Shown here: positions 13,332-27,769 of the stretch, in pieces
How the letters are laid out: the number at the start of each line of letters is the position of its first letter
Numbering within the stretch: the first letter of the stretch is position 1
NCBI GenBank assembly: GCA_028023455.1
Contig: JAQFVV010000005.1
Coordinates: 16,678,001-16,742,000 of the forward strand
Direction of reading: 5' to 3'
From: Epiperipatus broadwayi
Lineage: Eukaryota; Animalia; Onychophora
DNA length: 64,000 nucleotides
The notes under the pieces: generated by a model
What the model saw: only the letters and a program-made list of their open reading frames with translations
Told to the model about the DNA's origin: nothing
Databases searched by the model: none
Program-made: the position numbers and the translations under genes

Positions 13332-16300
13332 AGTGAAATCGCATATGTATATAAGCCATTTCCGTTGTTATTCTGCATGTATGGTAATAAAATTAGTTTT
13401 CTACTAATTATCAAAGTAACTTTTCCAAAATAACTTTTGATTTTTGTAAACAACTTTTAAAGTAGGTCACACAAAAGTCCTAAAATAGCATGAATTTGAT
13501 TTTATAAATCTAAAATGTTAATAACAATTTCACAGAATTTTATAGTGTTGTCACAATAAACAGGAGGAAACAAGCAGAAAAACAAAATCTAAATTAGTTG
13601 TCATAATTAAAAATGTTTTTCTAAAATAAATAAATGGGTTTTTCTACTAGCTTTAGCAATTAAATATATTTTTTCTAAAATAAATAAATGCAGACAAGCT
13701 TGTAAAAATAAGCAGGTGGCCAGAGTTAGAAAAATATAAATACTTAAAGTTTTGTCACCAAGAATCGATCAGATATATATAATAAGTGAATTGTAAACAG
13801 AACCCATGTTCATTTCACCTTCAAAATGTCGGGGTAAGTTAGGTGACCCCTCACCTCTCATCCTTACCGGATGGAAAAGAACTTTGGTCCGATAAAATAT
13901 AATGTCGTACACCAGCAAAGCAGCCCATGGAAAAACCTCCATTAACTTTAAATCATCACCAAAAGTGTCAACTTATTACCATCTCAAGTGCCCAGAACTA
14001 TCTGCAATGAAGACAACAGAATGGTAAATTGATAAATTTTCTCTCAGAGCTCTGTTCATAAATTGTGACTTTCAATTTTTTCTTTTAAAAGCTAGCTATT
14101 TATTAAATCTGCCTTTCCCAAACACCTTTCCTAAAATCCGCAAAGAAAACTGTTAAATGTTAATGTTTAAATCTTGTCTGATTGTAAAACTTGTGATATT
14201 GAATTCACTGTTAAAATATAAAACTCTAATAATCTATTTTAAACTAAATGTATAATTTTCTGCGGTCTTTTATGCCTATTTCTAATCTATCCAATTTATT
14301 CTATAATTTTAGCATTTTAATATAATATGTATTTAATATGCCAAATAACTTGAAACCATGAGTATTTATAAGTATAATTTTAATTTATCGATCTGCGAAG
14401 ATAATTTCAAATCTTCACTATAATAAATATTTTTCTCACTCACTGTTTTGAGATCATGTTATTATTATTTTTACTAATTAAATTTTGGGTATTAATATTA
14501 TAATAATCAGTCATTCTCTAGTTAAAATTGTGGTTTGCTTAATTCTAGTTATGAATTATAACTATTTATATATGTAACTTGTACGTCATAGGAACTAGCT
14601 ACAGAGATACTCTCAAAGCATATTTTAATGTTTTATTTGTAATTATCTCTCAAATATGCTTTGTCATCCTTAGATTTATATATGTTGAGACGCAGGTGAT
14701 AATATTAAACTAGATTACTAATTAATTTAGTCCCTAAATAGTATATTTGAAATACTAAATTTGAGAACTGGGTTGTGTAGATATGCAAATAGATGCTATC
14801 TATTTTTAAGGCACGATAATATAATTTTACGTATTTGCATTAAATATGTATAAGTTGTGGATGTGTCCTTACTAAGTACGCAATGTACAATTATCTGCTT
14901 GCTGCATGATTCTTAATGAGTTGCTGGCAGAGGTCACACTTATCCTCTTAGTTCGGGTAAAGCACACACTATTAGAACTAGGGCACAAGGACCTAGATTA
15001 TTCATAATTAATGCTTATCCAACTCCCTGAACTACTAATGTTCCTATTCGTAACAAGTTGAGCGGTTGTAGAGCAACCGAGCCTTTGGAGGCTGAAGGCC
15101 ATGAATAATGACCCATTCGCACCTCCTAGCTTTATTAATATTTTAATATGTACCATAGAGTATATAGGTAAATCTATCATAAACCAGTTTTCTCTCCTTT
15201 TATATTAAATGCTTATCTAGCATCAGTGTATACCCTAATCTAGGTTAACACACTAATCTGCGTATCTCTAAGCTTGACCATATGCTCCATTTAACTAGAT
15301 ATATAGATAGACGCCATATGAGTGCTATTAAGTTAGTTATATAACTTTGGCTATAAAGTTCTGTATGATTTAGCAGACTACAAAAGAGCTAGAAATTTGG
15401 CATATTAATATAGGCATAAACTCCCATACCGCACTACATTTTGTTAAACACTTATAATGAGATATGTAATATTAATCTCATTAGTTATGCAATGCCTGCA
15501 TGCGTAATCTCTCACGTTCTCATTACATAATTGTATATATTTTAATTTACTATTCGTTATTGTTTTATTAAATTAATAATATTTAAAATTATAACTCGTT
15601 TTCATATTTTTATTGTCCGTGAGTTCATTTTATCAAACTCTAGATTTAATTATACACACGTTATTATATCTATATGTAGATCATTCTATTAAATTTCATA
15701 ATCAAGCATTGATATATTAATTAATCACTTAGTCATATGTGTGTATATCTGACCAAATCAGTGTTAAATCAGTTAATTTACGAGTCTTTTGTTTCACCCT
15801 GAGTGACTGCCGGACCGAGGTTAAATTGAATGTCTGTGTAGGTTGAGAAATGTCATCCATAGGGTGTTAGATCATTGAGCAGAGGTGAAAGGATTGAATG
15901 TTGGCCGGATTCTGGATCCCAGCATCCGGATTCAATCAGCTTTAGTGTATTTTGCCTGTGTTCTAGATTTTGTTACGTGGAGGGACAATTCTTACTATTA
16001 CAATATATATATACTAAATAGCTTTAAAAATTTAACAACAACAATAATACAAATAACAGTTATATAAATAAAGCATACAAACTTTTTTATCAAAGGGGAT
16101 AAGATACTAATCAATGTCTATACACAAAGAGTTCCGCATTTTATAGTTACCTTTTTATTAAGTTCATGAGGAGAAAGTTCATAAAATTATGATATTTTCA
16201 AAGATATAATAAATCCTAAGAGCTTGTCTCTTTTTAAAATGTCTGAAGTTTATTTAACAAATAATCCTTCATGAGTCGTAGCAATATTCACATTATAGTC

Positions 16301-16554
16301 AACTTTGAGTAACAAGTATTGCTTTATCTTTTTAAAATGTTATCAATTCAAAATCATTATCCATTTGGGTTATAATTCTTAGCAATTTATTTATTTCTCA
16401 GCACACAGATGGACACATATGTGCTCCTCAACAAATTTCATTTCTAATTGTTATTTTAGTTATCTCCCAAAATACTAAATTGTCCTTTAAAGTAAAATAT
16501 TATTCACTGCTTAGCTTTTCATTATGCTATTTATATTAAACATTTTTTTAAATA

Positions 16555-19500
16555 TCATCATCATCATTGTCAACCATTGTCAATCCATTGCAGAATGAAG
16601 GTTTCTCCAAGTTCAATTCATCTTCTCTGATCTCTAGACTCTTTTCTCCACATCATCACCATACATCATACATCTATTTCACTTGTGGTCACTTTCTGGG
16701 TCTTTTACAATCTCTTGGAATTCAGTTTAAGATTTCAACTGTCCAATCTATCATCATCTTTTCCAGAAATATTTCCAGCCCAATTCAACTTCAGTTTCTT
16801 AATTCTTTCAATGACATCAGTAACATCTGTTTGTTCTTTTATCCATGTATTGTGTTTTAGATCTCTTCTTGTTACTGTGAACATGCATCTCTCTATACTT
16901 CTTTGAGTGATATGAAGTCTCTATATTGTTCTTCTGGTAAGTGTCCAAGTCTCAGATCCATAAGTAAGAACTGGTAAAACACATTTATTAAAAAATCTCC
17001 TTTTCAAACACAAAGTCCTTTTTTTTTTTTTAATATTAAGTTATTTCTGCCAAATCACTCCAACCAAGTTCAATTCTATGATTAATTTCATCCATCATGT
17101 TTTCATCTGCAGTAATAATCTGACCAAGTTATTTGTAGTTGTTAACTACTTTTAACTCTTCATTATCATTCTTTATTATCATCTTTTGAGAAAATCCATT
17201 GAACATTATTTTAGTCTTTTTAATGTTTATCTTTAGTCCTACTGACTTCATCTGATACCTCTTGCAACATTTCCTGAAGCTCTGAAGCATTATTTGCAAA
17301 AACAACAACGTCATTTGTAAAATCTAAATGACTTAAATAATCTCCATTTACTTTTTATTCCTTTAGCTTCCCTTTTTAATCTACAAAATACTTATTGCAG
17401 CATTTCTCTGATAAGTTTTGGAGATATGGAGTCACTCTGTCTTATATCCTTCTCAATGTTAACCTTCCTAGTATCATTATGTAATCTAAATGTTGCTGTT
17501 GCATTTTTATAAATATTCTTTAGAATATGACAATATCATGGGTCTATACCTTCTACAAATCCAAAGCATAATGGCAACACATATTCATTGATCCTCTCTA
17601 TAACTTCCCTCAATATTTGGATATGATCCATTATACTAAAACCACTTTTAAATCCAACTTGTTCTTTTGATTGATCAAAATTCAAAGTTCTCTGTTGACA
17701 ATTTGTAATAATTTTTGTAAAAAATTTGTATAGAACTGATAAAAAGCTGATAGGCCTGTGATTTCTAATATCTTCTTTCTCACCTTTTTTAAATATTAAT
17801 ACTGCATTCTTCCAATCATCTGGTACATTTTTATCCTTTACACATTTGGTATATAACTTTGCCCAAAAAAATTATATTTCTTCACCTACTTCTTTAAATA
17901 TATTGATTATAATTCCATCATTACCTGGACCTTTTCCCTTCTTCATAAATTTAATTACATGTCTCATTTCTTTATTTAAAATTCTGGGCAATTTAGAAGA
18001 TATAATAGATGTAGGAGGTACTTATTCTTTATTACAATATAATTTTTGATATAATTCTTCTACACATATCATGATATCATCCCTCTTTTTAATAATAGTT
18101 CCATCTTTTTTGATTGCAGATATAAGTTTCCTATTAATATCCAAATATTGTTTACATTCTTGAGATATTCTCTTCTGTAGCATTCCTTGCTAGTTCACAA
18201 TTATATTTTCTTATATCATTATCAACTTTTTTTGCACCATTTTACAAATTCGAGATATTCAATCTTTAATGCATCATTTTTATATATCTTCATATTCCTT
18301 CTTTTCTTCATTCATTTTCTAATCTCAGTAGAAATTTTATTGGTCAATTGCTGTTTTTTTTTCTACCCAATATCTTAGCTGCAGTTTTTAAAAGTGTATC
18401 AGTTATTTTCCTATTAATTTCATTCACATCTGAATCATGTTCAAAATCTAATACTTGAAATCGATTTGCAAGTTCTAATTTAAATTCATTTGAATGTTTC
18501 TGAAGATTAGGAATATCAACTATAAATATTCTTAATAATTTTTGTTTCTCTAGTTTTGCATTAACATGTATCTTGCATCTCACTAATCAATGATCACTTC
18601 CGGTGTTGAATGTATTAAGAACATTATAAATTTGAAATATGTACTTTCTGTTAGTCAAAATATAATCCAATTCTGCTGTACCTTCATTTGTTATGCTTCC
18701 ATGTCCATTTCCTTTTAACATTTTTCTCAAAAAAAGAATCCATAATATAAAAGTGTTCTTTTTCTGCAAACTCCACAATGTCCTCTATTATTATAACTAA
18801 ATAACACTTTCATCTTTCATTTGTTTACCAATTCTAGCATTAAAATCTCCTATAACAATTTAAAAATATATTCAGTCTGGTTAAAAGCCTTTTGTATATC
18901 AATATAAAAATTCTCTATTACTTCATCACTATGAGAACTTGTTGTGGCATAAACCTGAATTATATGCATTTGATATCTTTATTAAGTTGCATAACTAATC
19001 TTGCTACTCTGTCTAATATACCATCAATCTGCACAATGTTGTTCTTCAATTTTTTATTTACAATGAATCTTACTCCACTTGTACTTTCAATATTTGTGAT
19101 TTTGTAGTAGAATTCATATTCACTTTTTAATCAATTTTTCTTAACCTTTTCTTCTAACTTCACAAAGTCTGATAAGATCCCATTTAATATGAGATAGTCC
19201 TTCATCCAATTCTTGCAATCTTCCTTCATTTGAAAGTAATCTGCAGTTATAAGTATCTAAATAAAATCATCATCAGATGGCAACCTGGGTCTGCAATCAG
19301 GGGATTCTTAGCATCCTCCACTCCTGGCCACCAACTTCTGCCTTGTCTGGTGACCTTACAGCCTCTTGGGAATAAGGACCATGATTTATTTCTGTCTGTT
19401 ATTATAAATATTTAAAAAAAATTTATCCACATACACATTCATTCTACCTTCACAAAACTCAACTGATATTTCAGTTAAAAGATATCAGGCAACTGAGAAA

Positions 19501-19690
19501 AAAGACCACATTGTTTTTTGATCTTAAAGACAAAGATAAAAAGTCAATAAACTCATCACACTGGCTAATGTGTGCTGGTGAGCAGTCCATCTATGTTCAT
19601 ATATTATATGAATAATCACATAGTAATAATAGATGCAATGTCAAGAATATATCGAATAGACATTAGAAATTTACCTTGCATGATTCCTTT
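16555..19690 (-). mobile_element. Near-full-length RTE LINE copy 1 (APE endonuclease + RT, inactivated)
   Basis: (CAT)n tail at 16555; minus-strand ELDYILTNRKY...FNTGSDH (endonuclease), GFKSG...DHIQI and LDFTNDV (RT) remnants; 5' region 19370-19690 is homologous to 38220-38525. Confidence 0.93.
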
Positions 19691-20284
19691 AAAAAAAATT
19701 TATTTACTGCAAAAATGCAGTACACCACTAAATATATAGAGAGAGCAAGTGTCTGAACTTAAAATCACAGACTTTTTATATCATTTGTCTATTGATGTAA
19801 TATTTAGGTTATTGATCTAGAAACCCTTGCTAATGTCTAACTTGAATCTGTCCTTTCTAAGTTATAGAGTGATTATTGCCCTTTAATTAGAGATCATTTG
19901 AATACACAGCATTTCTAGCCAAATGTTTCCTCTTAATTTTTAAAAAATAATAATTTAAAACAAAAAATAATAACAATGATTTTTAATTTCTTCTTATTAA
20001 TTTACATATCAAAAAAAATCATTTGTTTAACAAAAAGATTATTACAAATAATATATATTTAATAACAATATTATTTTAAAAATACATGTGATTTTAAATT
20101 TATATAAGAATCTAAATATACATATACATATATGAAAATATAATTTGTTAATTTATCTAAACCTATGATTGTTAAAATATGAAAATAGATGGCATTATTG
20201 TAAAATATATCAAAATGCACATCTTTAAATTTATAAATAATTTTATAGTAAGATATTAAGTTCAACACAATAAATTATTTATTG

Positions 20285-20537
20285 TATTGAAGTGGAGTTG
20301 GGCTGGACATATTGCTAGAAGAGATGATAATAGATGGACAATTGAAATTTTAAACTGGATTCCAAGAGATTGTAAAAGACCCAGAAAGAGACCACATGTG
20401 AGATGGATGGATGAAATAAGAAAGTGTGCAGGGGTGATGTGGAGAAGAGAAGCTAAAGATCGGAGAAGATGGATTAAACTTGGAGAGACCTTCATCCTGC
20501 AATGGATTGATAATGGTTGATAATGATGATGATGATT
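20285..20537 (+). mobile_element. RTE LINE 3' end, little diverged
   Basis: Open frame KWSWAGHIARRDDNRWTIEILNWIPRDCKRPRKRPHVRWMDEIRK...LGETFILQWIDNG* followed by (TGA)n tail. Confidence 0.93.
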
Positions 20538-20939
20538 ACTTTTTAAAAAATGAAAGAAAAATAGACCGCGAATATTACTTTGTATTCAGGTGTATCTATA
20601 ATAACTCTAAAATAAGAATAAATATCACTTGATGATTTTAATTTTAAACATTTACTAATATATAAAATCATGACAATATTTTTTCTAATAGGACAATGCC
20701 TATTTTAAGTCAAATCCCAGATGGTATATTATCTTTAGCAAGATTAATATCAATAAATTAATTTTTCCTTATCATCTTCATTACAATTTTTACCTTCATT
20801 AGCAGTCCTTCATAAATGAGTTCAGCCATTTTAACTCCTCAAAATAATAAAAAAAGATAAAAACACCAAAACATGAAAAGTTAGAAATGAGTTTTGTGAT
20901 GACTATTTAAATCAAATTATCAATATATATATAAATCAT

Positions 20940-21660
20940 GCCATCTTATTTTGAAATCTTACATTGTTGTCTTTCAACAATGGTAATAAATTTTAGTTTT
21001 TGAAAATCTTCGACATATTGTCTAAACAAAACTCTTCAACGTATTTTGTCCTCAGTCATATTTGCTTGTAAAAACAATTAATGTTGCACTTTTTAAAGTA
21101 TCACTCAAATAATCTTTAATAATGTAAATAAAGTCTGATAATATAAAAATCACCTTCAAGTTCACCGTAAAGAAATTTCTTATCATTCATTTGCTTCATT
21201 TGCCTAATTCAATGAAGATATGGTTTAACCATCAACAACATCACAAATATTCTTACCCATATGCTTCCAAGAATAATTATTTTGACCTTACTAAAAGTAT
21301 GGATGGTAGATGCATAAGGGAATTAGTTCCAGCTTTGAATCCTAATCTTCACTGGTGAAGAAAAAACCAGAAACTGATCAATCTCAAAATGTGTTGTATG
21401 GTATTATATCATCTGGCATGCATTTATTGATTACCCAAGCTTATAATAGATGACACTAGTATAGAATGAAAATAAATTGCTTTTCAAGATTAGCCTTCCA
21501 ATATTATATTTGGTAGTAACACATCCAGCAAACTGAAAAGTATATAAACTGATCTTATAATCTAATACATTTTTAAAATCAAACTTCTCTGACACCTTTA
21601 TATTATCTTCTATAGATAATCCATGACTCATTTATACATTTAATTTAATTGTGCTTCATT
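20940..21660 (-). mobile_element. Decayed BovB-like RTE, post-RT region
   Basis: Minus-strand QMNDKKFLYGELEG...DTLK, resembling RMPD.RLPKQ.LYGEL..G...KDTLK. Confidence 0.5.
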
Positions 21661-23211
21661 TTTTTATGAATAAATTTTCTCATCACTTTTTCCAAAATAT
21701 TTGTATTATTATTTTCATTACTATTTCTTTTATTTTCTTTCTATCCTCACCACATAATGCAGGCAAACGCTATTAATCCAAAGTTTCCGGTTTCATAGCT
21801 TTTTCAAATTTGTGAACTTTTCAGATTTCAGAAAATAGCTTATTTACTCATTATAAACCTAAAAATATAAGCAAATATTAATTTTACTTTTTTGTAGTTT
21901 TGCTAAATATATAAATAATCCAATGGTCAGATGTTCTGAGTTCATAAGAAAGTGATAGAGTGCCCGTGGGAGGGGGGGGGATCTGCACATCCAAGCTCCA
22001 GAGTCTGTCACCAAATCACGTAGGACTTTTTTTGTGGGTAATTTTGTTTATAAATGAGTAGACGAACTAATTTATTTATTGTAAAAGTTTAAAAATTATC
22101 TTTGAAATTTTGTTTGGATAATACAAGTTTTTGAATAATAGATATTTGGATAAACAACATTTTTACTTGTTTCGCAAAAAAAAAAAAATCCAATTAGTAC
22201 AATGTTTTTTTTTTTAGAAAAAAAAAAATATATATTACTTGTAGTTTTAATTTTTTTTTACTTTTTTGATAAGTGATATTTTTTTATATTTTTAAGTGAA
22301 TATCATTATTGATTTTAACAACAAACAAAATAATCATTTCTCACGCAATTATGTCTTATTTAATCCCGTTCTTATTTAAAGAAATTCAATTGTCGCCAGT
22401 TAATAAGTAATTATTATTGATTGAGATAAGTAGAACGAGATTACATAATCACTCAAATTACACAATGGAATTTCTGTTTTACTTCTTTTATTATCTGATT
22501 CACCTTTTATTTTCACCGTAGTTTTTAATAATATGCATAATTCAAATGATAAAAAATATTGAATAATAAATAATATCTATCAAGCAAAAAAGAATAAGTG
22601 TTGTATATAAAAAAAAAAAAAACTGCAATAAATAAAGAGAGAGAAAAAATAACCTTAAAGATAAATTTAAATTAAAAAAATTATATTTGAATTTAAGGAA
22701 CTTTAGGGAAGAGATATAAAAAGGAAGAGGACAAAAAGAAGTTCACTAACAACAACAGAATCATTATTTATTATAACAACTAGAAGAAGAATAAAATTGA
22801 AAAGACAAAGTGGACTGGAATTACGTGTAATGATGATTTGATCAGAAAATAATTAATTATATAAATAAAATTGAACTTTTAATTTCAGTATATAAAAATG
22901 GTATTTGTGAGTTTTCCAGTAAACCAAGATGGCAGCCTTTATTTTTGGTAAATCTACAGTTTCGGGGGGGGGGGGGTGAAATGTTTACAAAAAAAATGCC
23001 TGCTAGGAAATGTCGTATTTCATATTTACATTTTATTTTTTATTACTGTTATTTTAAAAAAAGAAATCATTGTAGAAAAATTAATTACAATAGAGTATTT
23101 ACAGTTGTTTGTTGTTGTTTTTTTTTTGGATTAACTTATTAACAGAAAAATTAAAAAATATATAAATAAATTATTTACACTTAATAAACATCAAAATAAA
23201 ATATGTACACT

Positions 23212-23343
23212 TTATTCATGTTGGTAATGTGCAATCACATCATGACCATTAATGCATACTTTTCGGGAATGCAAGATCCCATACCTTTGGAAATAGTTCA
23301 TTGCATCATGTTCTGTGACAGGAAGGTCCCAAATTTTTACCAT
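23212..23343 (-). mobile_element. Merlin/IS1016-type transposase N-terminal fragment
   Basis: ORF MVKIWDLPVTEHDAMNYFQRYGILHSRKVCINGHDVIAHYQHE*, matching my recollection of the Merlin I(W/F)xLPxTExxAxxFFQxxGILxxxxxCxNGHxM start. Confidence 0.55.
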
Positions 23344-23882
23344 TATAACAATTTATTTAAAAAAACTGCTGACAAAAATTAACCCGCTGAATTGAACTAA
23401 AGTACGAAAAAGTTAAGAGCGTCTCGTCGCTTCACACGTTATAAATAATTTGAAGTCATTTGTCTTTTATTATATCTTTATTTATATAAATTTAAAAAGA
23501 ATGAAGAAGTATGGAGGTGTTTGTTATATCTTTAAAGCTTTTTAATGAAATTTATCTGAATTTATCCCTTTTTTTTTAATTTAACAACTTATTTATAAAT
23601 TTTATTTTAATTTAACAACTAACACATCTTCAGTAGATTATAGGCCCTTGAAATTGTGCATTTATCAAAAATATGGATTGCCATTCTGGTTTACTCGAAA
23701 ACCCGCAAGTACCATAAAAATTATGGCCCATATAATCATAATCTTTACAAATCTTATTTATTTTACGATTCAATTTCTTTACATATATATAACATCAGAC
23801 ACAGTAAAACAAAACCTTCGAATTAATTCTACAATTTTCATTATACCAATATGTAAATAAATAAATAATAGATATAGATAGC

Positions 23883-23987
23883 TTCCAACATGATGACCAT
23901 CTTAGTAGCATTTACAATTATTGAGATTTAGAATTTTTAAAAAAAAATTAATTACAAATGCTACTAAAAATGGTAATCATATTGAAA
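23883..23987. repeat. Small imperfect inverted repeat (about 38 bp arms)
   Basis: AACATGATGACCATCTTAGTAGCATTTACAATTA versus the reverse complement of TAATTACAAATGCTACTAAAAATGGTAATCATATT. Confidence 0.8.
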
Positions 23988-25207
23988 GAAAACTATAGTC
24001 ATCATTTATTTATATATTGGTATATTGAAAATTGTAGAAATTCCAACGTCTTAGTTTATTATATATATATCATCTTATAATTTCACTGGATAGATTTATA
24101 CATCTTTGTATAATTTGAAAATCAATGTATATATATATCAAAAATAATTGGCAAATAAATCTTGAAAATGATCACAGAATATAGTTTGAAATATAGATGG
24201 AATTATAGAATGATATAAATATAGGGAAGTAAAAAATTGATTAGTAGAATAATCAGAATTTATTTTTTAAATAAATATTTAAACTATAATCTGTATATAA
24301 CTCTTGAAAAATGCTTAGAAAAAAGAACTTGAAGTTGATGATTTGAGATAATGTATAATGAATATAAGCTTAAGAATGAAAGATGTGATATGATTATTAA
24401 AAAATGGGAAGTTGGGCTTGAAAATAAAATATAAAAACACTTAAAAGGGGTGGTCTGATATATTTTGGATTAAATATAATGGTAATAATCCATATAAATA
24501 TGATTGTGATAATTTTATATATAAAACCATATATCCAATTATCCTAAGCAATTAGATTCTAATAAGAAAGGCTGATCAAAGATTAAAAAGTTCCAGGACT
24601 GATTCTTTTTGCAAATAATAGTAGTAAAAAAAACAAAATGTTAAAAAAAATTTGTTTTGAATATTTGAATAAAACTAGTGTATTACACATTTCATTTTGA
24701 TGTTCTCAAAACTTCAATTGACCTCCAATTCATCTTATCTTATAAATATTTGTATAATTTTTATATAAGGTATTAAGTGTAATGAAATAAACCTATCCAA
24801 CATTTATTTATATTGTATATTGTGAGTTGAAATAAACAAGAACAACAACAAAATCTACGTCTCTGAACAAATTATGATCAGATAATATAAGATCAATTGA
24901 CAGTCAGAATTGACAATACTAGATTAATTTATGATCAGTCTCATTGGAGAAATGGGCCAAACAACAATTCATTAACTAACATCTGGCAATAAGACCACTG
25001 ATGAAACAGGTTATATGGATAAGCCAGTCTGGCATTAATTATCAGTAACTTTATGAATTCGCAATTTATTTAAGACATGAGTCTGAGTTTATTTCATTTC
25101 ATATTATAAAATGTAGATGCTACAATTAATATATATATATATATTAACATGAATATATATATATATATACTTATATTATTTGATATTACATATATATATA
25201 GCCATTT

Positions 25208-25251
25208 TGCTTTCTGATGAAAACCAGTCTGCTGGTTGAAATATTAAAGCA
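25208..25251 (+). ncRNA. PLE-type minimal hammerhead ribozyme motif, partly decayed
   Basis: TGCTTT-CTGATGA-A-AACCAG(TCTG)CTGGTT-GAAA-TATT-AAAGCA: stems I and II pair; the stem III/cleavage segment looks CpG-decayed. Confidence 0.6.
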
Positions 25252-25895
25252 GTTTTATAGAGAAGTAATTATATATATATTCTAATATTTTCAAGGATAA
25301 ACGATGTCATACTATTATTATTTGCAGGATATTCCGTGTAGTGAAATAGCTAAATGCTGAAATTTCAGTACAATACCAAGTACTTTCATCAGAGCATTCT
25401 CTTTCTCAAATCATAAGAATATCCACAAATAATATATATATATATAACAGCAAACAGAACCGCTTTAAATCCCTGCTACAGTAAATAATACACTCTCCCT
25501 ATCATACTTTTTATTTTGTTAATAAAAAAAACAACCAAAAACAATAAGATTATTAGATTCATTAAGATTCACTCCTTCTGCCTTAAATATAAAGAACAAT
25601 ATCCTTAATTTTGTTAAGAAAATATTTCATTTTCTTATTATAGTATTATCATGTATTAGAGTGAGAGAGTTTATTATTTACTGCAGCAGCATTTAAAATT
25701 TAAATAAATTCAAAAGTATAGAAAAATAGAATCTATTTTGAAAGTAGACAAATAAATATTCATTTTTAACCTTTTAAACGCCATTGCTATCTATTACTAT
25801 TCAAATAATAACCATACTAACTCTACTTTTGCACAAAACTAGGTAGTTTAACATATGATAACAACTAAAGCCTACCCAAATCATATATATATATA

Positions 25896-26613
25896 TGAGG
25901 GTTAGTCCAAAATTATCTGCAATCTGGCTGTAGAATTTACACTAATCATCTTTCAAAAAAGAGTGGCTTTTTAATACATTTTATTCAACAGTCAACAAGC
26001 TATTGAATTTCTTCATTATTGAATGTTTTAGGCTGAACTACAAGTCACAAATGCACAAATTGCCTTTACCTCTTCATCAAATCTAAATGTTCATCTTCAC
26101 AGGACTTTTCAGGAGATCAAACAGATGATAGTCCAATGGGCATGATAAACACTATAGAGAGAATGCTCCAACATGATGTTTTTGAAAATGTGGACAGTGG
26201 TGTCATGCAGCAATACAATACTTTTGGATAGCAATCTTCTGTGTTTTCTCCAAACTGTTTAGTAAGCATCTCGCTAAAACAAGTTCTGTTGACTGTTGAA
26301 ACTGTTTTCTGATAATATTCCACTACTAGCTCATGAGAATTCCAGAAAACTGTGAGGATGTAATTTTCCAACTGTTGCTAATTCATAGCTCACTCTTTGT
26401 GACCTCTTTAAACTTCTCTATTCATTCATATATGCTTCTTCATGATAAAACACTTTGTCCTTACAGTGCAAAAAAGTTTTCAGTAAATATTGACACCAAA
26501 GGCACTCTCTGACCAAAAATTAATCACTGCATGATAGTCTTCTTTCATGCAAATCACAAATGGGTAGTCATTATTTTTCACACTGTAGTCACATAATTTT
26601 GACTCACACTTTT
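25896..26613 (-). mobile_element. Internally deleted mariner (DD34D-type) element
   Basis: TA-flanked degenerate TIRs TGAGGGTTAGTCCAAAATTAT / ATAATTTTGACTCACACTT; minus-strand ILTVFWNSHELVVEYYQKTVSTVN..FSEMLT, then VLLHD-like and HPPYSPDL-like remnants; central part missing. Confidence 0.88.
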
Positions 26614-26969
26614 ACATATATATATTTCTAAATTACATTTTTATGCAATGCATCTTTCACCTTAGCTAAATTTTATCACAACCATCCATAAACCCAGCAG
26701 TTAGACCAACCTTTCACACTATAGATACATTAGAAACATCCTTTTTCCCAGTAATCCATATAGCATATTACAATTTAACTTCATAAACACATTTTTTAGA
26801 GATACTTAAGTTTAACTTCACATAATATGTACTTTCAACCTTCTATTCCTTTACACATTCATATAATCAAAAATATGTAAAAAAGATAAATGATCTCTTA
26901 AGTCATGCTAAACTAGCACTTGCCAATTGGCCCAGACCATAATCTCTTATACATATCTTCGTTTGTTTA

Positions 26970-27113
26970 GTGTGTGTGTATATATATATATAGATTGATA
27001 AAGACAGAAAGACAGATCAAACAGACAGACAGAAAAAAAAAAAAGAAGATAGATAGATAGATGGATGGTGGTGGTGGGGGGGGGGGGGGTGGTGGGGATA
27101 GATGATGATTTTA

Positions 27114-27185
<72 letters not shown>

Positions 27186-27200
27186 TAGATAGATAGATTA
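26970..27200. repeat. Compound microsatellite (GT/AT/GACA/GATA/G-run)
   Basis: Directly visible. Confidence 0.95.
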
Positions 27201-27308
27201 CTATAGTTTAATTGACTGCACTCACAATTGATACAAATCATTTATGAAAATATATTAATAACTCTTACTGATCGTTTATTAAAGATTAGATATTATTCCT
27301 ATTCTGAA

Positions 27309-27356
27309 TTTTTTTTTTTTTTCATATGTCATAGCATCGGCCGGGACGCGAACCCA
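27309..27356 (-). mobile_element. 5'-truncated tRNA-Gly-derived SINE copy
   Basis: Minus strand GGGTTCGCGTCCCGGCCGATGC-TATGACATATG-(A)n, same tail as 43032-43133. Confidence 0.7.
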
Positions 27357-27377
27357 CAACCGTCTGCAACCAACTAA

Positions 27378-27408
<31 letters not shown>

Positions 27409-27769
27409 AAGTACACCAATTCACAATTAAATCATTAGCGAAAATTAAATTATTTATAATTTAATATTGATTAGAGATTTAATTGTGAATTGGGATATTT
27501 ACTTTAATATAATGACTATTTTGGCATTTGATGTGTTTTATAAATTAATAGCTTTGATTTTTGACACTATACAATGTCGAATAATATAATAAGCCTTGCA
27601 TTGATAACACCCAAATCATTTTTTTGCCAAAAAAAATATACAAAACTTACAGATCAAATATATAATTAATGAAGAGATAAAAAGATAGATACACACCATT
27701 TTTTTATTCCATTTATATCTTATAAAGCTGATATCAATTTATTTATTTTTACTGGAGCGCATTTCTGCA

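Noticed and set aside
22921-22953. First coding exon ATGGCAGCCTTTATTTTTG|GT (or YY1 motif)
   Set aside because: Only six codons and no linkable downstream exon
23499-23516. miR-1-like sequence
   Set aside because: Seed region does not match and there is no precursor hairpin
27017-27241. 74-aa ORF
   Set aside because: Translation of microsatellites
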